A stretch of 39,937 nucleotides of DNA from a virus (taxonomy: Duplodnaviria; Caudoviricetes), in IMG/VR virus record IMGVR_UViG_3300042310_000377, positions 1-39,937 of that record; one strand, 5' to 3'. A model generated the notes under the pieces. The model was not told the origin of the DNA, searched no databases, and saw only the letters and a program-made list of their open reading frames with translations. A program made the translations under genes and the position numbers. Shown here piece after piece: positions 1-8,378 of the stretch; positions within the stretch are counted from its first letter, which is position 1, and each line of letters starts with the position of its first letter.

Positions 1-127
1 TCCGGCGCAGTAGCCATTGACAGACGGAATGCGAACAAGACATGGAACCATCTGTCACGCGCGAACAACTTCAGGATCTTGAGTCAAAGCTCAAGATTCT
101 CGACTTGGTGGTCAAACTAGGCTGGGC
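1..127. repeat. 127-bp terminal direct repeat (identical to 39811-39937); circular contig overlap
   Basis: The first and last 127 nt are identical; 127 is a common assembly k-mer length. Confidence 0.95.
17..44 (+). promoter_or_regulatory. Late motif variant TTGACA-N13-CAAG-AC-ATG
   Basis: TTGACA at 17-22, ATG at 42; same spacing as the copy at 5328. Confidence 0.55.
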
Positions 128-341
128 GCTGCTGGTCGGCGCATTCATGCTAGGAACTTGGGTGGCGGCGATTCAGATTGCGATTAACAGGCAGAATGAA
201 TCGCTCAGGGACGTTAAAGAGGCGATTGGCGTCACGAACACTACAGTTCGCAGCCTAGAGATCAAGGACAGCGCGGACACGCAACTGCTCCGGTCAATAG
301 TCGAGAAACTCGACAAAATTGACAACAAGCTGAATCCGTAA
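42..341 (+). CDS. Small membrane protein with coiled-coil tail (lysis module, holin-like/spanin-like)
   Basis: One hydrophobic segment (LGWALLVGAFMLGTWVAAIQI) followed by a heptad-like region; upstream of the endolysin. Confidence 0.5.
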   Translation: MEPSVTREQLQDLESKLKILDLVVKLGWALLVGAFMLGTWVAAIQIAINRQNESLRDVKEAIGVTNTTVRSLEIKDSADTQLLRSIVEKLDKIDNKLNP

Positions 342-460
342 TGCCTGCACCCGGACATCCTCCTATCCATAAAAATGCAATCAAAGCCACCGAGGCCCAG
401 AGGTTGCTACGTATCGCCAGTCCTTACGTCATTAAAACAAACATTATTCACCGTTCGTTT

Positions 461-700
461 ATGAAGTGGCTTTCCAACAAGATCCTGCCGTTTCTGCTGA
501 ACTGGAAAACGACGCTCGCCGGGTTGGCTCTTATTTTGCACGGATTGGGCGCTGTGGTCGATGCGCTGCTGCGCGTGACTGATGGAGTGCCTTTGACGCT
601 GGAATGGCTGCAACTGGCAACTGGTGAGATCATAGCCGGCGCTGGATTGATTGCTGCGCGGGACGCCAACAAGTCCAGTCAAGATTCTAAAGTGCGATGA
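461..700 (+). CDS. Putative holin (two hydrophobic segments); the ORF may extend to an ATG at 341
   Basis: NWKTTLAGLALIL... and IIAGAGLIAARD, a holin-like pattern in the lysis cluster. Confidence 0.6.
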   Translation: MKWLSNKILPFLLNWKTTLAGLALILHGLGAVVDALLRVTDGVPLTLEWLQLATGEIIAGAGLIAARDANKSSQDSKVR

Positions 701-861
701 AAACGATTCTCCTTATCCTTGCGCTTGCCTCCTGCTCGTGTGTCAGCATCCAAAAGATGCCAGATGATTCGCTCTTCCCCGACAAAAGCGAGGACTGGCG
801 CGACGGGTTTAAGTCCGGCATGATGGAAGGCTTGCTTTTGTCCGTGACCATTCCTTGGTGA
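697..861 (+). CDS. 54-aa lipoprotein (not in ORF track), possible o-spanin-like
   Basis: MKTILLILALASC signal peptide with lipobox; ATGA overlap with the holin stop. Confidence 0.6.
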   Translation: MKTILLILALASCSCVSIQKMPDDSLFPDKSEDWRDGFKSGMMEGLLLSVTIPW

Positions 862-865
862 CATT

Positions 866-1174
866 ATGAAACTTTTCACATGGTTCAGATCTTTGTGGCA
901 TCGCGATGCGGTAGCCAAAGCCACCGAAACCGCGCGGCTGCTAGTTGCTGGCTTGTCGCATGATCAGTTTCAGGTCATCGTGGACAACGTGACGCTGGCG
1001 AGCAAGATGCCGGTGAGCGGCATCGAGAAGGCCATGCGCGTTCAAGAGATCATCTCGTCTCCGCGTTTTGTGCAGTCGTACAAGACACCGCCCTGGGTGC
1101 AGCAGGGTATCGACTTCGCCAGCGTTATCGTGCAGCTCGCGTGGGTAGTGGCCAAACTTACAAAGCGCATCTGA
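866..1174 (+). CDS. Hypothetical protein in lysis cluster
   Basis: Tightly packed 102-aa ORF. Confidence 0.65.
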   Translation: MKLFTWFRSLWHRDAVAKATETARLLVAGLSHDQFQVIVDNVTLASKMPVSGIEKAMRVQEIISSPRFVQSYKTPPWVQQGIDFASVIVQLAWVVAKLTKRI

Positions 1175-1275
1175 TGCCAACGCTCGAAGCACTCCTGCAC
1201 GTTGCGTTCTTCGCGCTCATGACCTTATGCTGGTTTTTCATGCTTGGCTGGATTCTGAGTTCGTTTTCCCCATGA
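1174..1275 (+). CDS. 33-aa single-TM peptide (not in ORF track)
   Basis: MPTLEALLHVAFFALMTLCWFFMLGWILSSFSP; TGATG and ATGA coupling on both sides. Confidence 0.55.
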   Translation: MPTLEALLHVAFFALMTLCWFFMLGWILSSFSP

Positions 1276-1832
1276 CTAAGCGCGACATCCAGTTGATGCA
1301 GGAAAAGATCGGCGCATATCCTGACGGCGTGTGGGGACCGATGTCGCGTGCAGCCTGCAAAAAGCACCTCGACAGTTTGCTCCCTGTGCCGGTTCAATGG
1401 CCCAAACAGGACGAGGCTTCGCTGATTGCTTTTTACGGCCAGCCTGGAGACGAGAACAATCTAGTAAGTCTATCGGTGGCCGACCTCGGCGTGCATTACG
1501 AAAGCCAAGCGGTCAAGACTATCCGCTGCCACACGCGGGTCGCATCCAGCCTACATCGCGTGCTGACCTCGATCAGCAAAACGCATCCTTACGTGCTCAA
1601 GCAGTACGCGGGCTGCTTTAATGACCGCAACATGCGCGGAGGCAGCCGCAAGTCACTTCATGCATGGGGAGCGGCGATTGACTTGATGGCAGGTTCAAAC
1701 GGCAATAATACCGCCTGGCCGACCGACGCATCCATGCCGCTGGAGGTGATGGAGTACTTTGCCGACGAAGGTTGGTTGTCGGCGGGCGCTTATTGGGGAC
1801 GGGATGCCATGCACTTTCAAGCCACACGATGA
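1272..1832 (+). CDS. Endolysin: M15-family Zn peptidase with N-terminal peptidoglycan-binding segment
   Basis: DGVWGPMSRAA (PG-binding-1-like), SLHAWGAAID (SxHxxGxAxD), DAMHFQ. Confidence 0.85.
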   Translation: MTKRDIQLMQEKIGAYPDGVWGPMSRAACKKHLDSLLPVPVQWPKQDEASLIAFYGQPGDENNLVSLSVADLGVHYESQAVKTIRCHTRVASSLHRVLTSISKTHPYVLKQYAGCFNDRNMRGGSRKSLHAWGAAIDLMAGSNGNNTAWPTDASMPLEVMEYFADEGWLSAGAYWGRDAMHFQATR

Positions 1833-2389
1833 CACGCACAATTTCACTCTCTGAATCGACCGCTGACCTCGGGATGCTGCCGGTGTTCTCGACGACTCCG
1901 CTCCTGATCACGGGCGCCGTACCAGCCGCGCCGGCAATGTCGCAGTGGGTGCTGGAATTGTGGAAGCGGCAAAACGATGCACGTGAGCCGGGCGCGACAC
2001 CGCTGGCATCATCGGCTGGATACGTTGCAGGAGGCGCCGTCACGTTCGTTCTGACGGCGGCACAGATGAATCTGGCATTGTCGGATGAGGTCAACAGTAA
2101 CAACTACTGGCTTGCCATCGGAGGACTCGATTCAAATGGCTTTCCGTATTTGCTGAGATCCGGCAATCTGGAGGTAATTCCGTCTGGCTTGTCGCTGACG
2201 CCTACTACCACCATCGCGTTCTCAGTGGTCAATGAGGTCGTCTCGTTCGCCTACAACGGCGCGATCTACCGCTTTGATGCGGTGACCGACACACCTCCCG
2301 GACCGATTGACGGGGAGGTCACAGTTATTGATGGGATGATCGTTGTCACTGTTGATGGTGTCAGTTATTCCGTCCCTGCTGTTTCCTAA
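1829..2389 (+). CDS. Putative virion/tail adaptor protein
   Basis: ATGA-coupled, beta-rich, directly upstream of the tailspike. Confidence 0.5.
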   Translation: MTRTISLSESTADLGMLPVFSTTPLLITGAVPAAPAMSQWVLELWKRQNDAREPGATPLASSAGYVAGGAVTFVLTAAQMNLALSDEVNSNNYWLAIGGLDSNGFPYLLRSGNLEVIPSGLSLTPTTTIAFSVVNEVVSFAYNGAIYRFDAVTDTPPGPIDGEVTVIDGMIVVTVDGVSYSVPAVS

Positions 2390-5325
2390 TGAGCGCCGTC
2401 ACTACGCCAACCAATGTTTCCCTGATCCAACGCGACGCCTCCGGCGACAATCAATGGATTGATCTGCTGGGAAGTGCGAATCCGGGTAAAGCGATTGGGT
2501 TTAATGACTCCGGCGTACTAACGGCCATCTCGACGTTTGGCATTCAGTACGTCAAGACATGGGCGCAACTACAGGCTGCGCTGGCGGCTGCAGGCGTTGC
2601 TGGCGGCGGCACGATCTTCATTGATGGCACGATCATCATTCCGCCACATGTGACGACTGGATTCTCTGGCAACGGTGGCCTGAACATCACTGTTCCAAAC
2701 GTCGTTATCACCGGGCACGCCAACGGAAAGTCCGTGCTCAAGCTACAAACTGGCGTAACGTTCACGTATCAGATTTATAGCGTGGTCAACATCAATGCGT
2801 CCAACGTGACGATTGAGAACATCACAATCGAAGGCACGGTGATCAATCTGACCTTTGGTGGCGTATCAAGCCAGAGAAATGCCATCGGTATCCATTTTGG
2901 TCGCGGGCCAAGCAATACTGGTATTTCAGATACCACAATTAAGAATGTCCACATTTTTAACACGCTTAGGGCGATGTGGCTTAGTGGTGGACCGGGTTCT
3001 CCGACGAATCGCAACCTCAGCATTGTAGGCAACAAGATTCGCACGTCCGGTGCTGGCGTCTACCTTGAGTGGTCAGTGGATGGGGTTTTAATTTCTGAAA
3101 ACTCGATCATCGGAGACGGTGCGGTTTATGACGGAACCAAGTTTTCAGTCGAAAACTGTATCTGGGTTGGCAATGGGGTCGCTCATTGCCGCATCATTGG
3201 CAACAACTGCGCGGATCACCAGCGTATGGGTATTGAGGTGTTCTGGCCATTCAAGAACACGACAAGCAATGGTGCGCAGGTTTCACTAGGCCAGAACGAA
3301 GCCGCTGTAGTAGTTGCCAACAACACAATTTCAAACACTGGCTCAATGGGCATCTCTTTCGCAGGTGCTCGAAACTCAGTGGTCGCAAACAACACAATTT
3401 GCGATTCTGTCTTTGTCGGTCTTGAGATCGTCGGCGACGACCGCAACACCCAGACGCAAAAGCCGGATCGCGTTGTTAATGCGCTGGTCATCGGGAACAC
3501 GATTAAAAACGTGCGAGCGACACCACGGCGGAGAAAAACAACGGCTCCGGTCGATCCTTGGTTGTATGGATATTCTCCGATTGCACTAGACCCGGCAAAC
3601 TGCACGCTGCCATCCCAATCGTTTAGCAACCGAGTGCCGCTGGCTACTTCCGTTCCGTACACACTAGGTGTCAAAACCTTCGCGTTTACAACGCCAAAGG
3701 CTTATCCAGAGTTTGCCGCAACCAAACAGGCGTTGCTCCGTCGATCGGATGATCAGTACATGATTGGTACCATCCAATCAAACGATGGCACCACTATTGT
3801 CATTAATATCACCAGCTTGAGTGCTGGCGCGACAGGTACAGCTTATACGTTTACGCTTTGCCCATATGGCCTGCACACTATTTCAGTTCCATCATTGAAT
3901 CTGGAATGGTCTGGCAATAATTTCATGCAGAACAGTTTGCCCACGGCTGCGCTTGAAGGGACAAATATTGTATTGCGAAACACATCGAGCGCATCTGGTG
4001 ACCAATACATTAGCGCGACAGTTGTCTCCTACACGCAAGGCGCAACCAGTGCCGTAATAAGCATTGGCGGAACAGGCGCAGCGTTTGAAGAGAATACATC
4101 ATGGATTGCGATGGCCAGCCAAATGCTGGTTGGTTTATCCATTGATCAGATTTTTGGGTGTAAGGCGATTGGGAACACAGTGGACATTGTTTTGGACTCC
4201 AGTTCATCCACAAAACTTGGTTGCCAGATCCAATTTTGTGAGGATATCACTTTTGAAGGAAACACACTATCAAGAGCGGGCCAGCGGTACTTGTTCGTCA
4301 ACAACTCCAACCGCGTTTTTATGCGCGGGAATACGTTTAGAGCCGGAACAGAAACGATGGTGCGGGATGAGGTAAACTTCAATATTACCAAGCTCGGAGA
4401 AGATACTGCATATCCAGAAACCGTTTTAAGTACCAGCACACAAGCATGGCCTTGTTCTCTGTACGCAATCTTTACAAGCAGCTCTCCGGGATACAACTCC
4501 AGTCTCCCATACAACAACTGTCGTTACATCTTCAAAGACAACAGCGTTATCCCAACGCCGAACAATGCTCTTAAGACGCTGACGAATGGTGCGGCCATTT
4601 TCTCGGATCAATATTCGCGGCCAGAATCAGCTTTTGGGCCAGCGGTGGTTTTGAAAAACAACTGGGTGGGTGAGGGGTACACGGATGTCGTCAATTGGCC
4701 AATCCCAGTTTTGGATTACTCGCAGAAGTGGTCAAACACGGCTCAATCGTTTACGGGTTATCGCTTCCATATTGATACATTCCAGTCAGCGGCGACATCT
4801 CGCTTGTTGGATGTGGCTACCGGGAATGCGACGTATCTGTATCTGCAAACGTATTCCTCCAGCAGCCCGAACACTCTTGTGCTTGGGAGTAAATCGTTTG
4901 TCGTTTCAGGGACTGCCTTCGCATTGGCTGCCGTGCCGGTTGGTACTTTCGTTCGATGCACATCGGGGACAAATTTTGTGGAAGGCCGCGTTGCAACGTA
5001 CAACGCGGGCACAAGCGCGTTTAGCATGTTGGTGACAAACTCCGGCGGCACGGCGGGCACGTACAGCACATGGAGCATTCAATTTGATACAAGCGCGCTC
5101 TTCATCGACAAAACGTCAAACCTTAATCTTCGTGCTGACGTAGTGCTCGACTACCACACCGGCACCAAGATTGGAACGGCGGCGACGCAGAAACTTGGGT
5201 TTTGGAATACGACGCCGGTGGTGCAACCCGCAGCGGTGGCCGACGCAACGGACGCGCCAAGCACTCAAGCGCGCCTGAACGACCTTCTCGCTCGACTGCG
5301 GGCCGCTGGCATCATCGCATCCTAA
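2389..5325 (+). CDS. Tailspike/depolymerase with right-handed parallel beta-helix
   Basis: 978 aa; repeated PbH1-like units (NVTIENITIEG, VVANNTI, IIGNN); phage-fibre C-terminus (KIGTAATQKLGFWNTTPVVQP). Confidence 0.8.
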   Translation: MSAVTTPTNVSLIQRDASGDNQWIDLLGSANPGKAIGFNDSGVLTAISTFGIQYVKTWAQLQAALAAAGVAGGGTIFIDGTIIIPPHVTTGFSGNGGLNITVPNVVITGHANGKSVLKLQTGVTFTYQIYSVVNINASNVTIENITIEGTVINLTFGGVSSQRNAIGIHFGRGPSNTGISDTTIKNVHIFNTLRAMWLSGGPGSPTNRNLSIVGNKIRTSGAGVYLEWSVDGVLISENSIIGDGAVYDGTKFSVENCIWVGNGVAHCRIIGNNCADHQRMGIEVFWPFKNTTSNGAQVSLGQNEAAVVVANNTISNTGSMGISFAGARNSVVANNTICDSVFVGLEIVGDDRNTQTQKPDRVVNALVIGNTIKNVRATPRRRKTTAPVDPWLYGYSPIALDPANCTLPSQSFSNRVPLATSVPYTLGVKTFAFTTPKAYPEFAATKQALLRRSDDQYMIGTIQSNDGTTIVINITSLSAGATGTAYTFTLCPYGLHTISVPSLNLEWSGNNFMQNSLPTAALEGTNIVLRNTSSASGDQYISATVVSYTQGATSAVISIGGTGAAFEENTSWIAMASQMLVGLSIDQIFGCKAIGNTVDIVLDSSSSTKLGCQIQFCEDITFEGNTLSRAGQRYLFVNNSNRVFMRGNTFRAGTETMVRDEVNFNITKLGEDTAYPETVLSTSTQAWPCSLYAIFTSSSPGYNSSLPYNNCRYIFKDNSVIPTPNNALKTLTNGAAIFSDQYSRPESAFGPAVVLKNNWVGEGYTDVVNWPIPVLDYSQKWSNTAQSFTGYRFHIDTFQSAATSRLLDVATGNATYLYLQTYSSSSPNTLVLGSKSFVVSGTAFALAAVPVGTFVRCTSGTNFVEGRVATYNAGTSAFSMLVTNSGGTAGTYSTWSIQFDTSALFIDKTSNLNLRADVVLDYHTGTKIGTAATQKLGFWNTTPVVQPAAVADATDAPSTQARLNDLLARLRAAGIIAS

Positions 5326-5327
5326 GA

Positions 5328-5355
5328 TTGACATCCCTTACGCAATTAAGCCATG
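5328..5355 (+). promoter_or_regulatory. Late motif variant TTGACA-N13-TAAG-CC-ATG
   Basis: CTAAGATTGACATCCC (5322-5337) is identical to 38488-38503. Confidence 0.65.
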
Positions 5356-5598
5356 GCCACACTTTACTCAGGAACTCTTGCCGCCGGTGCCACTAGCGCC
5401 AACATCACCGTTGTTCAAGGCACTATCGTCGGCGTCGAGGTGAGCCAGCCGGTGTACGTGCTGGCCGCTAATGGCGCGATCCTTGCCGAAACGGAAGCGA
5501 AGGATGCAATCAACATCATCCCGACCAACTCGCCGATCACGGTCAAGGCGAAGGAGCTGAACACAGCATCGAGTGTGGTCACGGTCACGGGTCAATAA
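5353..5598 (+). CDS. Small beta-rich virion protein
   Basis: 81-aa ORF after the late motif. Confidence 0.6.
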   Translation: MATLYSGTLAAGATSANITVVQGTIVGVEVSQPVYVLAANGAILAETEAKDAINIIPTNSPITVKAKELNTASSVVTVTGQ

Positions 5599-5599
5599 A

Positions 5600-5680
5600 A
5601 TGCCCGTGGAGCTTCCTAAAGTTTTGCGGCCAGATGACCCACTGCTGGCCATCCTCCTTGCCACAGTGCTCAAGCAATGA
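5600..5680 (+). CDS. 26-aa micro-ORF (not in track), similar to part of the next gene
   Basis: MPVELPKVLRPDDPLLAILLATVLKQ; fills the gap, with ATGA overlap. Confidence 0.5.
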   Translation: MPVELPKVLRPDDPLLAILLATVLKQ

Positions 5681-5880
5681 CCTCGAACATCACATCATTC
5701 ATCGCTCCGGCACTCCCAGTGCAGATTCCGGTGGCGTACTCGCCGACCGATGAGCTGCTGATGATGATTGGTGCGACGCTCGGAGGTGCGGCACCCGCAC
5801 CGACGTATCACGTGCTAGTGGACGGACCGGGGAGCGATCACGTAGTGGACGGCGCAGGAAACCGAGTGAATTACCTTTAA
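5677..5880 (+). CDS. Hypothetical tail-associated protein
   Basis: 67-aa coupled ORF. Confidence 0.55.
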   Translation: MTSNITSFIAPALPVQIPVAYSPTDELLMMIGATLGGAAPAPTYHVLVDGPGSDHVVDGAGNRVNYL

Positions 5881-5884
5881 TACC

Positions 5885-7123
5885 ATGGCTAACCTAAATC
5901 TTTCTGAGTTTACCGAAAAGACATTTGTCGCGGATGCCGACTGGACATTCGTCTGGGATACGGCGGGCTCGATTTCGAAGAAGGTGAGTCGGAATAGTTT
6001 GTTGTCGGTTGGCAGTATTGCGACCAGCACGCCTGTCACTATTACTCAGACTTGGACGGATGTGGCGCAAACGTTCAAGGCGTTAGTGGTGAATGCGGCT
6101 GGCACGAGCGACGCGAACAGCGCGTCTGGGTCTTTACTCTTGGATTTGCAGGTGGGTGGGGTGAGTAAACTATGGGTTACCAAAAATGGCACTATAAAAT
6201 CAGCGGCTAATTCATTTTTATTAAATGTTGCAGAATGGGGAACATCTAATCAATATCAGATTAGAGGGGATGGTGTTTTTATAGGAGCACAATTCTCGAC
6301 AGCTAGTAACTCTGTAAAAATAGACACAGTTGGAATTGCTTTAAAATCCGATATATATTTTGGTTTTTGCCCAGCAGACGCAATTACAGGAGTTCCAGAT
6401 ACTCGTTTGTTTCGCGACGGAGCCGCCAACACCCTAGCCCTCCGCAACGGAGCGGCGGCGCAGACGTTCAATGTTTATGGGACGTATACGAGTGGGTCCG
6501 TATACGAGCGGATGTTTGCGAAGTACGACGGAACGGCGCTGGCGTTTCAGGTCGGCACGCAACACGTAGGCGCATCGGCTCGGCCATTGCAGTTGCTGAC
6601 CGACAACACGGCCCGCATGACCATTGGCACGACCGGCAACGTCGGCATCGGCACGACGGCTCCGGCGGCGAACTTAGAGGTTGTTTCAGCGACTATGGTC
6701 TCTATCACCGCAAGAAGTGGTACAGGAAGTGGTGATGGCGCATACTTTTCAGCCGAAGGACAACAAGAATCATTTTTTAATGTGTTTGCGAAGAATAATA
6801 CTTCCGGAAGCAGAATTATGCGTTTCGGTAATTCGTCTGCAAACACTTTTGTCGTTCAAGCTCTTAACGACGCAGGAAACTCAATTTTAAGAACGCCAGT
6901 TTCTATCGCCAACACCGCCCCCACGGGATCGCTTTACATTCTCAGCAGCGGCAACGTCGGCATCGGCACGACGGCTCCTAGCTCGAAGTTGCAAGTGACA
7001 GGTGGCGACGTTGAAATCGAAACGGTCACGAGCGGCATCATCATGAAAGCAGCCGGGACCAGCACCCGCTACCGCATCACTCTCAACGCTGGCGGCACTG
7101 CTCTTGTCTTTACTGCAATCTAA
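5885..7123 (+). CDS. Tail fibre protein with GNVGIGTTAP repeats
   Basis: Two GNVGIGTTAP motifs typical of trimeric fibres. Confidence 0.75.
   Translation: MANLNLSEFTEKTFVADADWTFVWDTAGSISKKVSRNSLLSVGSIATSTPVTITQTWTDVAQTFKALVVNAAGTSDANSASGSLLLDLQVGGVSKLWVTKNGTIKSAANSFLLNVAEWGTSNQYQIRGDGVFIGAQFSTASNSVKIDTVGIALKSDIYFGFCPADAITGVPDTRLFRDGAANTLALRNGAAAQTFNVYGTYTSGSVYERMFAKYDGTALAFQVGTQHVGASARPLQLLTDNTARMTIGTTGNVGIGTTAPAANLEVVSATMVSITARSGTGSGDGAYFSAEGQQESFFNVFAKNNTSGSRIMRFGNSSANTFVVQALNDAGNSILRTPVSIANTAPTGSLYILSSGNVGIGTTAPSSKLQVTGGDVEIETVTSGIIMKAAGTSTRYRITLNAGGTALVFTAI
6634..6978 (+). repeat. 30-bp perfect direct repeat (6634-6663, 6949-6978)
   Basis: CGGCAACGTCGGCATCGGCACGACGGCTCC occurs twice. 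Confidence 0.9.
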
Positions 7124-7135
7124 TCAATTTTCATC

Positions 7136-7453
7136 ATGGCCATCACTCCAGAAGAACCAATCGTCGTCCCCGCCGTCCCTGAGAAAACTTACACGGAGCA
7201 ATGGGTATATAACCTAGTCGTCCACGCGCCGACGCTCACCACCGGCAACGTCCGCATCGAGCTGCTGCCGTACGATCCGACCACGCAGGAGATCGGACCG
7301 GGCACGCTCAATCAGCCCGTCTACACCGATCAGCTCTGGCAGGCTATTAACGAGGTGCCAGAGGTGGCTGTGGCTTTTCAAGCGGTCATCGACTGCGTCG
7401 CTCCTCTGCGCTCTTGGATCGAAGCGCAGGCCGCGCTCCCGCCTGCTGAGTGA
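7136..7453 (+). CDS. Putative tail-fibre associated/chaperone protein
   Basis: Position after the fibre gene; acidic, 105 aa. Confidence 0.5.
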   Translation: MAITPEEPIVVPAVPEKTYTEQWVYNLVVHAPTLTTGNVRIELLPYDPTTQEIGPGTLNQPVYTDQLWQAINEVPEVAVAFQAVIDCVAPLRSWIEAQAALPPAE

Positions 7454-7518
7454 CCATTTTGCTGACGCCAGCAATATGGTCTTGATTCCCCTCCTTGCCG
7501 CTTCATCCTAGGCGCTCT

Positions 7519-7713
7519 ATGGAACCAACAGCCACATTCACGCTAACCGAAAAAGAAGCGGTCGCACTCTCAAACCTGATCGACATCGCGGTCAAATCCG
7601 CTGGCATCCAATCCGCCGGCGCCGCCGCACATCTGCATCAAAAGCTCTTTAATGCGTGTGCGATCTTCCGCAAGGAGGAGGCGCCGCTGGTTGATGCTGA
7701 GGTGGTGAGCTAA
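7519..7713 (+). CDS. Hypothetical protein
   Basis: MEPTATFTLTEKEAVALSNLIDIAVKSAG... Confidence 0.6.
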   Translation: MEPTATFTLTEKEAVALSNLIDIAVKSAGIQSAGAAAHLHQKLFNACAIFRKEEAPLVDAEVVS

Positions 7714-7763
7714 GAAATCTCTTCCGCTCGGAGCCGCTACCGGGGCCGCATCCGGGCGAAGCG

Positions 7764-7798
7764 ACCCGCATCTCTTTCACGAGGGGTGCGGGTTTTTT
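7764..7798 (+). terminator. Rho-independent terminator ending the late operon
   Basis: ACCCGCATCTCT-TTCACG-AGGGGTGCGGGT stem followed by a T tract. Confidence 0.85.
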
Positions 7799-7819
7799 GT
7801 GTACTTTGATCTTTTTCTG

Positions 7820-7847
7820 TTGACGGCGTATTCAAAGCGTTTACAAA
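7820..7847 (+). promoter_or_regulatory. Sigma70-type early promoter, probably giving a leaderless transcript
   Basis: TTGACG-N16-TACAAA; ATG 7855 lies 7 nt downstream. Confidence 0.6.
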
Positions 7848-7854
7848 TGACGAC

Positions 7855-7992
7855 ATGCAGAACGACACAATCATCACACTGCGCTGCACGAAGGAGCTGC
7901 GGGACAAACTCAGAGCCGCAGCCGCCGAGGTCAACATGCCGGTCAGCGTGTTCCTTCGCATTGTCCTATCCCGAATCGTGAAACAACCCTAA
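7855..7992 (+). CDS. 45-aa ribbon-helix-helix (Arc/CopG-like) regulator (not in track)
   Basis: MQNDTIITLRCTKELRDKLRAAAAEVNMPVSVFLRIVLSRIVKQP matches the RHH pattern. Confidence 0.8.
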   Translation: MQNDTIITLRCTKELRDKLRAAAAEVNMPVSVFLRIVLSRIVKQP

Positions 7993-7993
7993 T

Positions 7994-8200
7994 ATGAAAC
8001 CACAACCGATCAAAGATATGGCTCAGGTCTACGCAGCAGCCGCATCACGCCGCCGCCGGATGCTGCGCGACGCCAAAAGCGAAGCAGCGCATTGGTACAA
8101 GAATAACCCAGACGACGGGCCGGGCGGGTGTATGTGCATCCTGCTAATCTCGATATTGGCGGTCGTCGTCTACAGCGCGCTTTTCTTTGCTTGGATATGA
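7994..8200 (+). CDS. Small membrane protein
   Basis: C-terminal TM segment. Confidence 0.6.
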   Translation: MKPQPIKDMAQVYAAAASRRRRMLRDAKSEAAHWYKNNPDDGPGGCMCILLISILAVVVYSALFFAWI

Positions 8201-8370
8201 GGCGGTACGTTTACCACAACAAACGATTTAAGGTCGTCATTCTTACGACCACAGGCCGCATCCTGACCAAGGAATACGCAGCAATCAACGGCGGAGCAGC
8301 ACGCAAGAAGGCGCTATTGCCGAACGATGTTGAAAGAATTTTAACAGTTGAAGAAATACACGAACATTAA
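8197..8370 (+). CDS. Hypothetical protein (one copy of a ~45-aa repeat)
   Basis: ATGA-coupled; similar to both halves of 8379-8741. Confidence 0.6.
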   Translation: MRRYVYHNKRFKVVILTTTGRILTKEYAAINGGAARKKALLPNDVERILTVEEIHEH

Positions 8371-8378
8371 CAACCAAA

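Noticed and set aside
5885-7123. Diversity-generating retroelement acting on the tail fibre
   Set aside because: No reverse transcriptase and no TR/VR pair with adenine-specific mismatches; the repeat is a perfect 30-mer
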